Counted from the first letter of the stretch, positions 15,796 to 28,349 are shown. The stretch: DNA of 64,000 bases from Octopus sinensis (GCF_006345805.1 NC_043016.1:5828001-5892000); one strand, 5' to 3'. Translations and numbers: made by a program. Notes: generated by a model not told the origin, from the sequence alone.

Positions 15796-16039
15796 ACAAT
15801 TTCATTCTAATTCTGGTCAGAAATTTTGAAGGGAGTGGGGCAAGAGGATTACAGCGACCGAAATATTTTACAGGTATTTATTTGTATTTCATCGACGTCG
15901 AAAAGATGAAAGGCAATAGTGAACTCGGGGTGGAATTTGAATTCAAAACGTAATATATTTTGTCTGACGCACAACGGATTCTGCCAACTTGCCATCTTAA
16001 TAAGTATGAAGAGAAAAAGACAGGAGCAAGAAAAGCAAA

Positions 16040-16800
16040 AACGATAGCTAGACGGGGGCCGGCGCAGGGAGGGGGGGAGCAGGGTAGGAGTTCTGGGGGT
16101 CGGAGAAGATGAGGGTAGCAGGTTTTTTCATTTTGTTACTCAGTATTTTCTTTCATTTGTTTATACATTTAAGTTTTTTTTTTTTTTTTTCATTTTTATA
16201 ATCTTTCATTATGTTTGACGCCAATCGTCGATAATGACGGAGTACTACTTTTGAGAGTGTAACTCATTGTCCCGTTTGATGGCGCCGACTTGGGCGGGTT
16301 TCGGGGCGGGGGGGGGGAGAAAGGCTAATGCCGGAGTGCGAGGAGGTGGGGAGGGGGGACGGGACGAGGGAGTGACGCGGGTAAAAAGTGCTCATGTTTT
16401 GCTGCCTTAAGATATATGAGGGAAGGGGGGTGTTCGGTGTATTATCATCAAGTGGTTAAAAAGAGGGGAGAAGAGGAGGAGGAGGAGGAGGAGGAGACGA
16501 TAACGTGTAAACAGCCCACATAACAATATGTGAGGTGATGATCATGAGCAATTATCGTAGATGTGGTTCACTTTTAGCTTTACCTCTAAGCTCTCTCTCT
16601 TTCTCTCTCTCTCTCTCCATACGACAAGGCCATCACTTCTCTTTTACACGACGGCAATCTTTATTTCTCATTTCTTGATCTTGTTCTCCCTCTCTCTGGG
16701 CGGCTGTTTTTCCCCCCTTCTTCTTAATTTGGGAGACAGACAGGCGCGCGTAGGCCTACCTACCTATCGCAACCTTCCGCGCGCGCGCGCGCGCTCCCCT
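16040..16800. promoter_or_regulatory. GC/CpG-rich promoter- or enhancer-like island with G-quadruplex-capable tracts
   Basis: Non-TE-looking sequence with GGGCGGG and GGGGCGGGG boxes (~16292-16316), gccaat (~16220), tgacgc, G-runs and a (CG)n run at 16778-16794. No transcript evidence. Confidence 0.35.
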
Positions 16801-17220
16801 GTGTACATCTGTGCATCATATCTTTTCATTATATATACACAGCCACAGCGCGCACGGATTTATATATATATATATATATATAAATAAAACAAAACATATG
16901 CATATATAATAAACATATATGTACGTACCTACATGTACATATACACGCATATATATATATATATATATATATCGATATATATATATATATATATCGGGAG
17001 AGAGAGAACTTGAGTGACAAACACTTTCACAATCACAGCGCGTGTTGATATGTATATATATGTATGTGTGTGTTTGTGTGCATAATATACATGTGTACGC
17101 ACGCACGCACGCACACACACACACACACACACACATAAATGCTTTCATGCTAAGTTACATAAAAAGACAATTTTACATTTAACTGTGGCCATTACACAAT
17201 GCTTTCTTCTAGACTCTCTC

Positions 17221-17616
17221 TTTACTCTTTTACTTGTTTCAGTCATTTGACTGCGGCCATGCTGGAGCACCGCCTTTAGTCGAGCAAATCGACCTCCAGG
17301 ACTTATACTTTGCAAGCCTAGTACTTATTCTATCGGTCTCTTTTGCCGAACCGCTAAGTGACGGGGACGTAAACACATCAGCATCGGTTGTCAAGCAATG
17401 CTTGTGGGACAAACACAGACACACAAACATATACAAATACATATATATATATATATATACATATATACGACAGGCTTCTTTCAGTTTCCGTCTACCAAAT
17501 CCACTCACAAGGCTTTGGTCAGCCCGAGGCTATAGCAGAAGACACTCGCCCAAGGTGCCACGCAGTGGGACTGAACCCGGAACCATGTGGTTGGTTAGCA
17601 AGCTACTCCTGCGCCT
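17221..17616 (-). mobile_element. tRNA-derived SINE family A (CORE-like central motif), representative copy
   Basis: B-box-like GGTTCAGTCCC, CCTTGGGC.AGT motif, internal (TA)n, tail ggcggtgctccagcatggccgcagtc...(gtaaaaga)n. Further copies at about 14837-15225, 23527-23878, 32437-32750, 35450-35640, 41050-41400 and 62661-63100. Confidence 0.85.
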
Positions 17617-17620
17617 CCAG

Positions 17621-17909
17621 ACCAGTACTTCTCAAACAATCTGATGTGGCATACCAGCAATTTTTTTCCCAATGTGCCAGGGACCGGTAATATTTCTTAG
17701 TAATATTAATTTATACAGCAAACAATATATATAATGAATATATTATAAAAGTTGACAATTCTTTTTAATCTCATATTTATTCTGTAAACAAATAACACAA
17801 TATTACATAAGCATTTTATGATGCTTCTTTTCTGGAAACACGCCGTGTACCGGCAGCTGATGGCTCGCGAACCGGCACCGGTCCGCGGACCACCACTCTG
17901 TGCAGCACT
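17621..17909. mobile_element. Possible hAT/Charlie-type MITE
   Basis: Ends cagtacttctcaaac and tgtgcagcactg, right flank ttctagag (NTCTAGAN-like); TSD poor. Confidence 0.4.
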
Positions 17910-18914
17910 GTTCTAGAGTACATGTTAAACTTCTATAAGAAACGGAGTAACAGTGATTTCGAAGTGTTGACTTTGAGAGAGTAAGAAAGAATAAGACGCT
18001 CACCTACATTCGCACGAGTACAAGCACATTATATAAGGTGAGGTATTAAGATGCGAACACACACGCGCACACACATACACACACACACACACACATATCA
18101 GCAGTGACGTATGCATACTACTTTTCTTTATCTTTTACAGGTTTCAGTCATTGGACTGCGGTCAATACTTTTAAGTTTGGCATTTACTGTATTGGTCTCT
18201 TTTAGCCGAATCGCTAACTTATGGGGGATGTGAAGAAACCAACATCGGTTGTCAAGGTGGTGGGGAACACAAACATACGCGCGTGTACACGAAGGGTCCC
18301 CACCCCCACCAAAAATTTCTGTATCCTGAATCCACTTACAAGTCTTTGGTCAGCCCGAGGCGGCTATAGTAGTCATTTGTCGAAGGTGGCCACGCAGTGG
18401 GACTGAATGTTGTTAAGAAGCAAGCTTCTTACCACAAGAACTATAGGGGCCTGTGCCCCTATAATTCATTCACTAATGATTCACGCACAAAGCCAACAAT
18501 TTTGAGAAGGGAAACTCTAATTCTCATTGGACTTTTATTTTATCACAGGGTAAATATATTAATGGCTTCTGTAGGATTCGAACTCATAACGTACAGTGAT
18601 GGAATAAATACTGCAAAGCAATTTTCCCACTCTTTAGCATAAGTCCAGCAATTTGAGGGAAGGAACTATTCTATTAACATCAACCCAGGTGCACAACTGT
18701 TACTTACACTTTATCGACCCCCGAAAAGATGAAAGGCAACATAGACCTCAGCAGAATTTGGACCCAGAAAATAAAGATGGACGAAATACTGCTTTGCATT
18801 TTGTCCGCCGTGCTAACGATTCTGCCCACAAGGTCAACAAGTTCGAGGGAAGGGTTGATCGACTCCAGTATTCAGATGGTACTTATTTTATCGACTCCAT
18901 ATTACCTTAATATG

Positions 18915-20830
18915 GACAAAACAGGAAAAACATTGTTGCTTGAATGTTATACCAGGAGCGAGCCAGGGAAGCGGGGCTACAGAAAAAAAGTTACTGGAGG
19001 TCTGGAAAATATATTATCAACACGATGAGATGAAGGATATAAGAGAAAAAAAAATAGCTGATCAGATTAGACAAATGATAATTAAAAAAAACAAAGTGGA
19101 TAGTAAAGATTGAACAAGAGGTGATTACACTGGCAGTGCGAAAGAAACTGCAGGAAACTTCTGGTCCAAAAGAAATACCCGTTGAACGTAAGAATCTACA
19201 GAGCTTAGACATGGAATGGGGAAATGTACCGTCTATAGAAGACCTAAGTGTACTTCATACTGGAGAGTCGCCGAAAGAAATTAGCCCAGAACTAGCTACT
19301 CTCGGCGACAGAATTGCGGAAGTGATGCTCGTTGAGGAAAAGAAAAGGTTACTATCAATGAAGTCATGCGATATAACAAAGCTAGGATCAAAACTCAAGA
19401 AAGATAATGAAGTTGTCATGAGAATTCTAATTAAGGATATCCCTGATTCAAATTCTTTAATGTACGCCATTGCTTATGTCATTACTGAGAACATGGAAAT
19501 GTTTAGAGAAAGGAAAGAACAAAGAAATCAAGAACCAATCTGGACAATAAAAGAAAGCGTCGATAGATGGCGGAAGGGTTTAAATAAGATCAAGGAAGTA
19601 AGGACTGGTTAATATGAAGCTCAATGAAAGAGATCAGAATGACATGAATAAGAAATAACACCTGGTGGATTAAGGACATTCTGATTATATCGGATACGTT
19701 AAAACAGAAGATCAAAGAGAGAAGAATTAAGACCAAAAGAAACGAGGAAAATTTACAGTTTAAGCAAAATCAGAAGCTGTTGAATGAGATTCTGGTTGGA
19801 GGAGATAAGAAAGAAGCAGAGTTGCCTTCGTTTTGGAGCAAGATCTGGCCAGAAAATGTCAAAGACAACCACAAGGCAACCTGGCTTTATGAAGTGGAAG
19901 AAGAATTTGTTGACATGGAGATACAGGAGAAGATCACTGTCACGTTGGAAGATATACAAGCAGGAATCGGTAAGATGAGAAATTGGAAAACAACAGGCCC
20001 GTATCTAGTTCAAGGTTTTTGGTTCAAAGGTTTGATGAATTTACATCTCAGGCTACAAAAACGCAAGGCCGTGTGCGCCAAAGAATTGTACAAGAATTAT
20101 GTTGATAGAGAAGGACCAAGCCAAGGGTGCTGGAACAAGTAACAATCGTCCGATTACTTGTTTATCTATGACGTGGAAGCTTCTAAATGGGATAATGGGG
20201 AAAATATTGTACGAACACCTTGAAAGAAATGAACTCATAGCAGATAAACAGAAAAGCTTCAGGTTGGGATTAAGAGGGCCGAAGGATCAGTTGCTGAAAG
20301 ACGAGACAATTTTGGGAAACTGTCAGAAAAGGTCGACAAGTTTATCATTGGCTTGGATTGACTATAAGAAGGCATATGGTATGATTCCTTACTCTAAAAT
20401 GTCTGGAGATGGTCGAGACAGCTAAAAATATTTATTCAGAAATCAGTATGAGGAACTGGAAAACAGTTTTGACAGAAGATGTAAGGGAAATTGGGCAAGC
20501 CGACATTAAGGTGAGGTTCTTTCAAAAAAGACTCTGTGTTACTTCTTCTGTTTATTGTTAGTATGTTGCCATTCTCCACGGTTCTAAGGGAAAAGGGAGC
20601 TGGTTGCAAACTGCTGAAGAACCACGAGACCAATTAAACACTTACTGTTTATGGATGGTTTAAAGCTTTACAGATCTAGCAGAGGTTAACTGTATTCCCT
20701 TACTCAGGCCATGCAGATTTTCTCTCATGACATCTAGATGGCATTTGGTCAAGATAAATGCGCTGTTACTGAACTGAAGCAGCAGGATGGAGCTGAGATG
20801 TAACATAGGCAACTCAAGAGAACAAGGGAA
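18915..20830 (+). mobile_element. R4/Dong-like non-LTR retrotransposon, degraded
   Basis: ECYTRSEPGKRGYR, FWSKIW, MRNWKTTGP..VQGFWFK, RPITCLSMTWKLL, KDQLLKD and LSLAWIDYKKAY.MIP. Confidence 0.8.
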
Positions 20831-21338
20831 AATAGAAAGAATAATTCCTTCTACTATAGGCACAAGACCTGAAACTTTGGGGGAAGAGTGCTAGTCAATT
20901 TCATCGACCTCAGTGATGACTGGTACTTATTTCATCGAGCCCGAAAGGAGGAAAGGCAAAGTCGATCTCGGCGGAATTTGAACTCAGAACGTGAAGACGG
21001 ACGAAGTGCTGCTAAGCATTTTATCCGGTGTGCTAATGATTCTGTCAGCTCGCCGCCTTAATAATAATAATAATAATGGTTTCAAATTAAGAGAAAGAGA
21101 GAGGGAAGGACCAAAATTCAAATTTTCACTCTTAACTGTACTCAGAAATGATAGAGAAAAATCAAGACTTGGAACGCTATAAAGAACAATGACGTCATAG
21201 ATTAGAATATTTACCAGGTAAAATGAGAGTGTAACAAAACTTTTATTTAAACGGCTTATTTATCAGAGGGAAAAGTTCCAAAAGCCGACGCTTTTCGAAA
21301 TATATCTAAGCCATTAAACAACTAACAACATCGATCAA

Positions 21339-22007
21339 ATGCTAGCACATGCAAATACAAATGTAAATGGTTCCGATGAAAACATCGAAGAGATGGAGAA
21401 AAAGGAATTACTTTTATCTAAAAGTGTAACGGAGGTGAACAGGAATGCGACCACGTTGACAAGAGAATCTGAACTAAAAAAATCGGAAAGTTTAAGCAAA
21501 CAGCAGTTTGAAACACCAAGAAGACTCACGAAGTCTGCAGAAGATCAAGACAACGAAAACAGGAAGAGCAAGACTAGACTTATAATTCCAAAGAAAAAGT
21601 ACTTTCGCAAACATGCAAATTGTAGAGAATCGATAAGTTTTAGAGAACTTCCACCGCAAAAAAATGCTAATTACACTCAAACTGATGATGAATATCATGC
21701 TTTTAAAAGCAAATTAAAAGAATTAGAAACAGAAGTTAAAGAACTGAAAGAACATATCGGCGATCTAAGAGAAGTTAAAGAAAATTTATTGTCTAACATT
21801 AAAACTTATCAGCAGAGTAATAAAACTTTATCAGAATATTTTGAACTGACGTGTAGAGAGAGGGATAGTTTTCATAAGAAACTCCGCGAAATCGAATTGG
21901 CTTGCTATGACAAACCCAATCGATGTTTGGTCAAATTAATTACAGCAATTTTAAACGAAGAAGAATTTTGCGATGATAAAAATAAAGAGTCTTGTACAGT
22001 TATGTAG
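21339..22007 (+). CDS. Intronless ORF: coiled-coil protein with divergent EB1 C-terminal (EBH) motif and C-terminal CaaX box (CTVM)
   Basis: 222-aa ORF in non-repetitive sequence; in-frame stop at 21315-21317 upstream of the ATG. ERDSFHKKLREIELAC (21858-21905) matches 10/16 residues of human EB1 ERDFYFGKLRNIELIC, followed by L..I..IL..EEF and then CTVM-stop. Expression is not shown by the sequence. Confidence 0.7.
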   Translation: MLAHANTNVNGSDENIEEMEKKELLLSKSVTEVNRNATTLTRESELKKSESLSKQQFETPRRLTKSAEDQDNENRKSKTRLIIPKKKYFRKHANCRESISFRELPPQKNANYTQTDDEYHAFKSKLKELETEVKELKEHIGDLREVKENLLSNIKTYQQSNKTLSEYFELTCRERDSFHKKLREIELACYDKPNRCLVKLITAILNEEEFCDDKNKESCTVM

Positions 22008-22117
22008 AAAAGAACAAAAAATGTATTTTATTTATCAAAATAGAAAGAGAAGTATCTGTACTCTTGCTAATTTGGGATTTTTAAAACAAAGTATTTTGAA
22101 GTTATATATATATATAC

Positions 22118-22165
<48 letters not shown>

Positions 22166-22189
22166 GTATATATATCTTTTCTTTTATTC

Positions 22190-22342
22190 ATTTATGGGTT
22201 TCAGCCACAGGCTGTGGCCATGCTGGTGCACCGCCTCTACTGCGATTTTTCCAGGATTGCTTCTGGTGAAGTAGCGAGTTAGACGTTGCCGCTCGTCTTT
22301 GTGCCTCCTACCGCGATGTGGGTTCATCCGGTATTGCAGATA
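22190..22342 (-). mobile_element. Very short 3' fragment of a LINE related to 49766-51560
   Basis: IPDEPTSR*EAQRRAATSNSLLHQ versus VPDEPTSRQEGQMRAAASNSLMHQ; same ggcggtgc.ccagcatggccacagc tail. Confidence 0.75.
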
Positions 22343-22477
22343 AAAAAAAACTGAATACATGGAAATATATATATATATATATTTCTATGTTGTATTATTT
22401 TAAGGTTAAAGTGATTTACTGTTCCGTTAGTTTACGTTTGGTTTGCTTTAAATATAATTTCGTATTTTAAATATGTA

Positions 22478-22922
22478 CAAGGGTTGCACAAAATAATGGA
22501 AAGCACCACTTTTTATTTAACTTTTCTTTCTTTTTTTTTTCTATTGGCAATATCACAAATTCAAAACTGTTCTGCTCTGTCAATATATATGTGTTCATAT
22601 GCATTATGTATGCCTTGTACTCCATGATATAGTCTTTTTTTTTTCTTTCTATTTTTGCAAATATTTATAAAATGTGCGACTTTTCCGATTTCCAAATGGA
22701 ACAAATTGTTGAAGCACCTATGGCTGGAGCTTCGGTCGCTAAAACCGCTGAGTTGTTTAATATTTTGGGAGGTACAGTCTCTAAAACTACGTTGGCATTC
22801 TAAAAACAAGGTAAAAACCAAAGCTATGGTTGATATCACAGGTGGACCAATTCACTATCAAAAAAAAAAAAAAAAAAAACTTCCATATAACAAGGTGTTT
22901 CCATTATTTTGCCCAACCTGTG
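22478..22922. mobile_element. Non-autonomous Tc1/mariner derivative
   Basis: Imperfect TIRs caagggttgcacaaaataatggaaagcacc / ggtgtttccattattttgcccaacctgtg flanked by TA. Confidence 0.75.
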
Positions 22923-23006
22923 TATATCAATAGGTAACAATGTCAAATGGTATCTGTACTCTAATTAATCAATGTTTACAGTTTTAGGTTGATTAGTCTT
23001 TTAGGC

Positions 23007-23043
<37 letters not shown>

Positions 23044-24239
23044 TCCCGTTTTATGTATTGGCAACGTGGTCTTCGACAGTGTTCAATCACTTCTGTTCAA
23101 TACGTTTAGTTCGGTAATCCGGTTTAGTTTAGTTCGGTAATCCGGTTTAATGTTTTATGGTTTTTAAGTTCCATTGAAATGGCAATGTCCGTTTTCATGA
23201 TATTTCTATTTTCTACATTGTATTTTAGTCTTCTTTGCTTCGCAACCATAAGTGGGTAACGATTAATGTTTGAGATTTGATGCTTGTATCTGTTTTGCAA
23301 CAAAAATAAGTAGACAAAAATAAGGCGTAGGAGTGGCTGTGTGGTAAGTAGCTTGCTAACCAACCACATGGTTCCGGGTTCAGTCCCACTGCGTGGCATC
23401 TTGGGCAAGTGTCTTCTGCTATAGCATCTCTCTCTACTTCTGTCTGTCTGTCCGTATACATTTTAATTATTTCGCTTAAGCATGGCGATACTAAATAATC
23501 TGATGTTAAATTTCAATATACATATAGGCGCAAAAGTGGTTGTGTGGTAAGTAGCTTGCTTACAAACCACATGGTTCCGAGTTCAGTCCCACTGCGTGGC
23601 ACCTTGGGCAAGTGTCTTCTACTATAGCCTCGAGCCGACCAAAGCCTTGTGAGTGGATTTGGTAGACGGAAGCTGAAAGAAGCCCGTCGTATATATGTAT
23701 GTATATGTGTGTGTGTTTGTGTGTCTGTGTTTGTCCCCCCAACATCGCTTGACAACCGATGCTGGTGTGTTTACGTCCCCGTAACTTAGCGGTTCGGCAA
23801 AAGAGACCGATAGAATAAGTACTAGGCTTACAAAGAATAAGTCCTGGGGGTCGATTTCCTCGACTAAAGGCGATGCGAGAGAGTAAAAGAGATATGCTTC
23901 AGAACGAAACGTCAGTCAAGTTCAACGCAGGAATCAGAAATTGTCGTGAACTTCCTTAGAATACTGCTGTTCTGCAATGCACTCATAGTTGAGAGTTTAT
24001 GCATGAACACACGCGCCATATATTCATATTAACACACCCACATTATACATAAATATAAATTCATATAAATTATGTTTACATTAATAAAAACAAAAAAAAC
24101 AACAACATCATACATCTATCTGTCTCTGTCTAAATGTATCTACCTGTCTCCCTATTCTTCTCTATCTATCCATCCGGCCATCCATCTGTCTGTTCATCTA
24201 TCTTTCTACCTACCTATCACTTATCTGCCCGCACAGTTT

Positions 24240-24470
24240 TCTTATTTTTTTACTGCCCACAAGGGGCTACACACAGAGGGGACAAACAAGGACGGACAAA
24301 CGGATTAAGTCGATTATATCGACCCCAGTGCGCAACTGGTACTTATTTAATCGATCCCGAAAGGATGAAGGGCAAAGTCGACCTCGGCGGAATTTGAACT
24401 CAGAACGTGGCGGCAGACGAAATACCGCTAAGCACTTCGCCCGGCGTGCTAACGTTTCTGCCAGCTCGCT
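24240..24470 (-). mobile_element. SINE family C (Meta-domain-like centre)
   Basis: gaggtcgactttgcccttcatccttt.gggatcgatt.aataagtacc motif; other copies at about 9660-9820, 18660-18860, 20900-21060 and 28000-28140. The domain name is from memory. Confidence 0.7.
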
Positions 24471-25684
24471 TTCTACCTACCAACTTACCCATCTGCCCGT
24501 CTGTCTGTCTACGTACGAATCTATCTACGTCATATCTAGCTAGCTAGCTATATGTATCTATATGTAAAGATACGTGACGTGCGCGCATATATATCTACAT
24601 AAATATTTTTACGTTTTTATTGAAGACAGAAAAGTTAAACACAAACGAACACTCAACCCTCCTCCCGTCAGATTCTGACGAGAGCGCCTACCCCCTAGTT
24701 AGTCACTTAGTTGTATAATATACGTCAGTTATGTTAGCAAGTTCTTCTACCTTGATAATGGCTCATAATTTAGGCAGAAGGCCATCAATTTCGAGGGGCT
24801 TTAACCGATACCATTGACCCCTACCCATTAATTCTAGAAAGACGACGACGGGTACTTGAAGATACGTACATCAGGGTGTTGATAACAAGACGGAGACGAT
24901 TTGACTAAAGGGTATTTAACAGCAAGAGAAAGGTAAGGGGATGGAGGGATGAAGAAGCGATGAATAGAAAACAAATATAAAAAGCAAAAGAGAAAAGGAC
25001 CCTCTTCAAACACCGCCGCCAGCATCACCACAGGCAGACTCCTCGTTACAACGTTGGAGTGACTACTTTATACATATTAGGGTTTTCAAAGACTGATGGA
25101 ATGGAATGGGCAGCGTTATGAAACGTAAGGTACAGGCGTGGCTGTGCGATGGAAAACTTTGGTTCCTAACCACCTAGTTTCGGGTTCAGTCCCTCGGCGT
25201 GGCACCTGGGGCAAGTGTCTTCTATTGCGGTTTCGGACCAAACAATGTCTTTCGAGTGAATTCGACTGCGTGAATGTTTGCATCTCCTTGTCTCGAGATC
25301 GCATAACAGTTGAAAATGAATGTTACTGTCACACAAGTAGCTTTTCGTTTCCAATATTTTGTGAAAACATATCTGGTCATGGGGAAATATTTATTTACTT
25401 TACTTGGAAACAGGTGAACGTAGACGGTAGGAAGGGTATCTGGCTGTAGGAAAGCTGCTTTAATTAACTCCGTGCAAGCATGGAAAAGTGGACATCAGGA
25501 CGACGACGCCCCCACCTTCATGCTGAGGACTTTGGCTTCGAAGCCAAATTCTCTCTATTTCGTGGCTAAACTGCCATATTTCTTCAGTCCATTCTGCTTT
25601 CACCTAGCATAGTGAAATGTTCGGTCTCATACAACTCTTGATGATGTCTAGTTGATACTGTTCTATATTTTAGTGATGAGAAAT

Positions 25685-26925
25685 TCTGTACATTATTTAC
25701 ATTGGACGGGTATGTGTCCTCATCTTGTTACTACAACGTTTCGACTGATTTACTCTCCAGCCTTCATCAGCCTTCTCATTCCTAAGGTATATTTTTGCTG
25801 AAGTTGTTGTTGTTTATTCAAGGTACTGCCTGCAAGTGAACTCGCAATTTTGGGGTTAATAGCCCGTGCTCTTAACCATTACGCTATATGTCCGTGGACA
25901 ATTATGGAGTGAATTTTAGGGCTTATAAACCTAATATTCTTGTATCCTTCCTTAATATGGTTCCCATATGCTGTTCATATCTGCAATCGGTCTGCTTAGG
26001 AGGTTGTTGTGTCCTAGCATATGTGCTGCTTCTTTTAGTTTTCGTATTTTCCATTGATGTTCTCTGTCTATTATTTTGACTTCATCCCACAGGGGGAGGT
26101 GGTCTCCATTTTTCCATACATGATCAGCTATACCTGATTTTATCAATATCTCACCGTGTCACAGCTTTGCGATGTTCCCCTACCCTTATTTTGAGTGGGT
26201 GGCACATTTCGTCTTTGTATAACCAACCACAGCTGCATGGGATGGAGTACACGCAGTCTTTGGTCATATTCTCTTCTATTGGTGGTTTTTGCCGAAGGAG
26301 ATAGTTGCGAAGTGTTGTATTACTCTTGAATACTGTCCTGATGTCATATGGGCCATATATCTTTTGTACCTTTTACGAGAGGCCTTTCACATAGGGTAGA
26401 CAGACTGGGGACAGTTTATTGGTTTCATCCTCTCTTCTCTTCCTAATTGGAGTGAAGAGTATGTTTTGGTGCCAGTTGTTGCTTAATAGATTATTACTGA
26501 GCTTGATCATTTCTTCGTGGTGTGTATCAAGATCGAAGCTTATATTCTTTGCTCGATATTTTAGGCACTGAGCAATCCCTCTCTTTGCACTGTATGGATG
26601 GTGGGAATTGAAGATGTGGTATCGTCCAGTGAAGGTTGGCTTGCGGTATACGGATGTCCTAAACCCGTGCGTGTTATTAATACATCAAGGAATGCTAGCT
26701 GATTGTCTTTTTCTTTTTCCATTGTGAATTGTATGGATGGTTTTATTGAGTTCACATGATCTAGCAGTACTTGAACATAACAAGAACAATATCAGCAAAA
26801 AAATACCAGGATTGGGTTCAAAATTCCACCAAGACACCTGATGAAGGCTGGAGAGTAAATCAGCCGAAACGTTGTGGTAACAAAAAACAAGATGAGGACA
26901 AATATCTGTCCAATGTAAATAACGT
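25685..26925 (-). mobile_element. 5'-truncated Penelope-like element with an inverted copy of its 3' pLTR at the 5' end
   Basis: NSIKPSIQFTMEKEKDNQLAFLDVLITR and GIY-YIG C-terminal KSGIADHVW...IIDRE..WKIRKLKEA. 25695-25770 and 26838-26920 are inverted copies of each other. Confidence 0.85.
26835..26876 (+). ncRNA. Minimal hammerhead-like motif in the inverted Penelope pLTR
   Basis: CAC CTGATGA A GGCTG(gagagtaaat)CAGCC GAAAC GTT GTG; palindromic AACGTT; stem I is short. Confidence 0.55.
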
Positions 26926-27705
26926 ATGTTCAGTTTAATCATCCATTGAGGAAGGTCTGCTGGGCACTCCTAATTATCATCCACAGTAGACCCTGCTTCC
27001 ATGATCCAGTTGGCTTTCTCCCAGAAATTGAGCGCCGTTGCATAAGATCATGGGCAGATATTCCCCAACAGAAACCCTCACGGACTTAACCTCAATGCCA
27101 AGGATTCTGATTTGGAAGATTAATTCTCAAACTGATGGTTAAACTCCAGTATTTCTTCAGTCTTGGGGGCTTCCTCCATTTCACCTTAATACGGTAATAT
27201 GGCACCAGTGAGTTCAGCTAGAATCACTTGTTTTGATGAAAGGGAGAGGAGTACAGTCTATAAATATACGAGAGTGTTGACAAGACAAGGAGAACATGGG
27301 ACGTCCCATAGCGATGAGGAGGGGGGAAAGGGGACGAAAGAATCATTATCACTGAAGACCTGTTATCTACAGGGAGAGGGGTGAGGGGTTAAAGAAGCAG
27401 TGAATAAAGAGAGGTGTTGACATGACAACCAGAATTTTAGGGGCCCAGTTCCGCACATGAACCTAACTTCATTCAAGGTCAGTTAAATACCCTGCTAGGA
27501 AGGAAGAGACTATCTCTTCTCTCTCCATCCCCTCTCTTGCTATATATATATATATATGTATATATATATAATATATATATATATATATACACACATATAT
27601 ATAAACACACACACAGACAAACAGAGTGAGGGATAGATACACAGACGTTACCACATACAAACATACGCATAGAGATGCGTGTGTGTGTGTGTGTGTGTAT
27701 ATATA

Positions 27706-27767
<62 letters not shown>

Positions 27768-28349
27768 ATATATATATATATATATTATGCCATTATATTC
27801 AACACACACACGCACACACGGGTGAGTGCATAGCAGCGAAGAAAACAGGTACTTAACATATTTTGTAGGAGTTACATTATTAAAGAACAGTTTAATTCGG
27901 CCTCACGCAACTTGATGATAACAATAATGGTTTAAAATTTTGACACAAGGCAGCAATTTTAGGGGAGAAGGCAACTCGGGTTACGTCGACCGTAGTACTC
28001 AACTGGTACTTATTTTATCGATCCGGAGAGGGATGAAAAGGCAAAGTCGACCTCGGCGGAATCTGAACTCAGAATGTGAAGATAAATGAAGTGTAGCTAA
28101 GCACTTTGCCCGACATACTAACGATTCTGCCAGCACGCCATCTTTAATAATATGTGTATGTATGTTTTTTGTATTATACATACATATACGTATATACACA
28201 CATGTATATATATACACACATGTATATATATACATGCATATATACATGCATATATATATATATATATATATATATAACGGGAAGCTTTATGAAAATAAAC
28301 AAAAGACGAAGGTAGGTGGAATACAAACAAACAATTGTATTAGTATATA

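Noticed and set aside
20860-21338. Search for an EB1 calponin-homology exon upstream of the EBH ORF
   Set aside because: No LAWIN, CSGAAYCQ or FQDNFEF-like peptide was seen here or elsewhere on plus; the region is SINE plus short closed frames.
24836-24934. AG...GTAAG-bounded exon-like segment on plus
   Set aside because: Stops in all three frames and a weak pyrimidine tract.
25520-25600. CTGAAGA...GAAA hammerhead-like motif on minus and a tttggcttcgaagccaaa palindrome
   Set aside because: Stems I and III cannot be formed convincingly.
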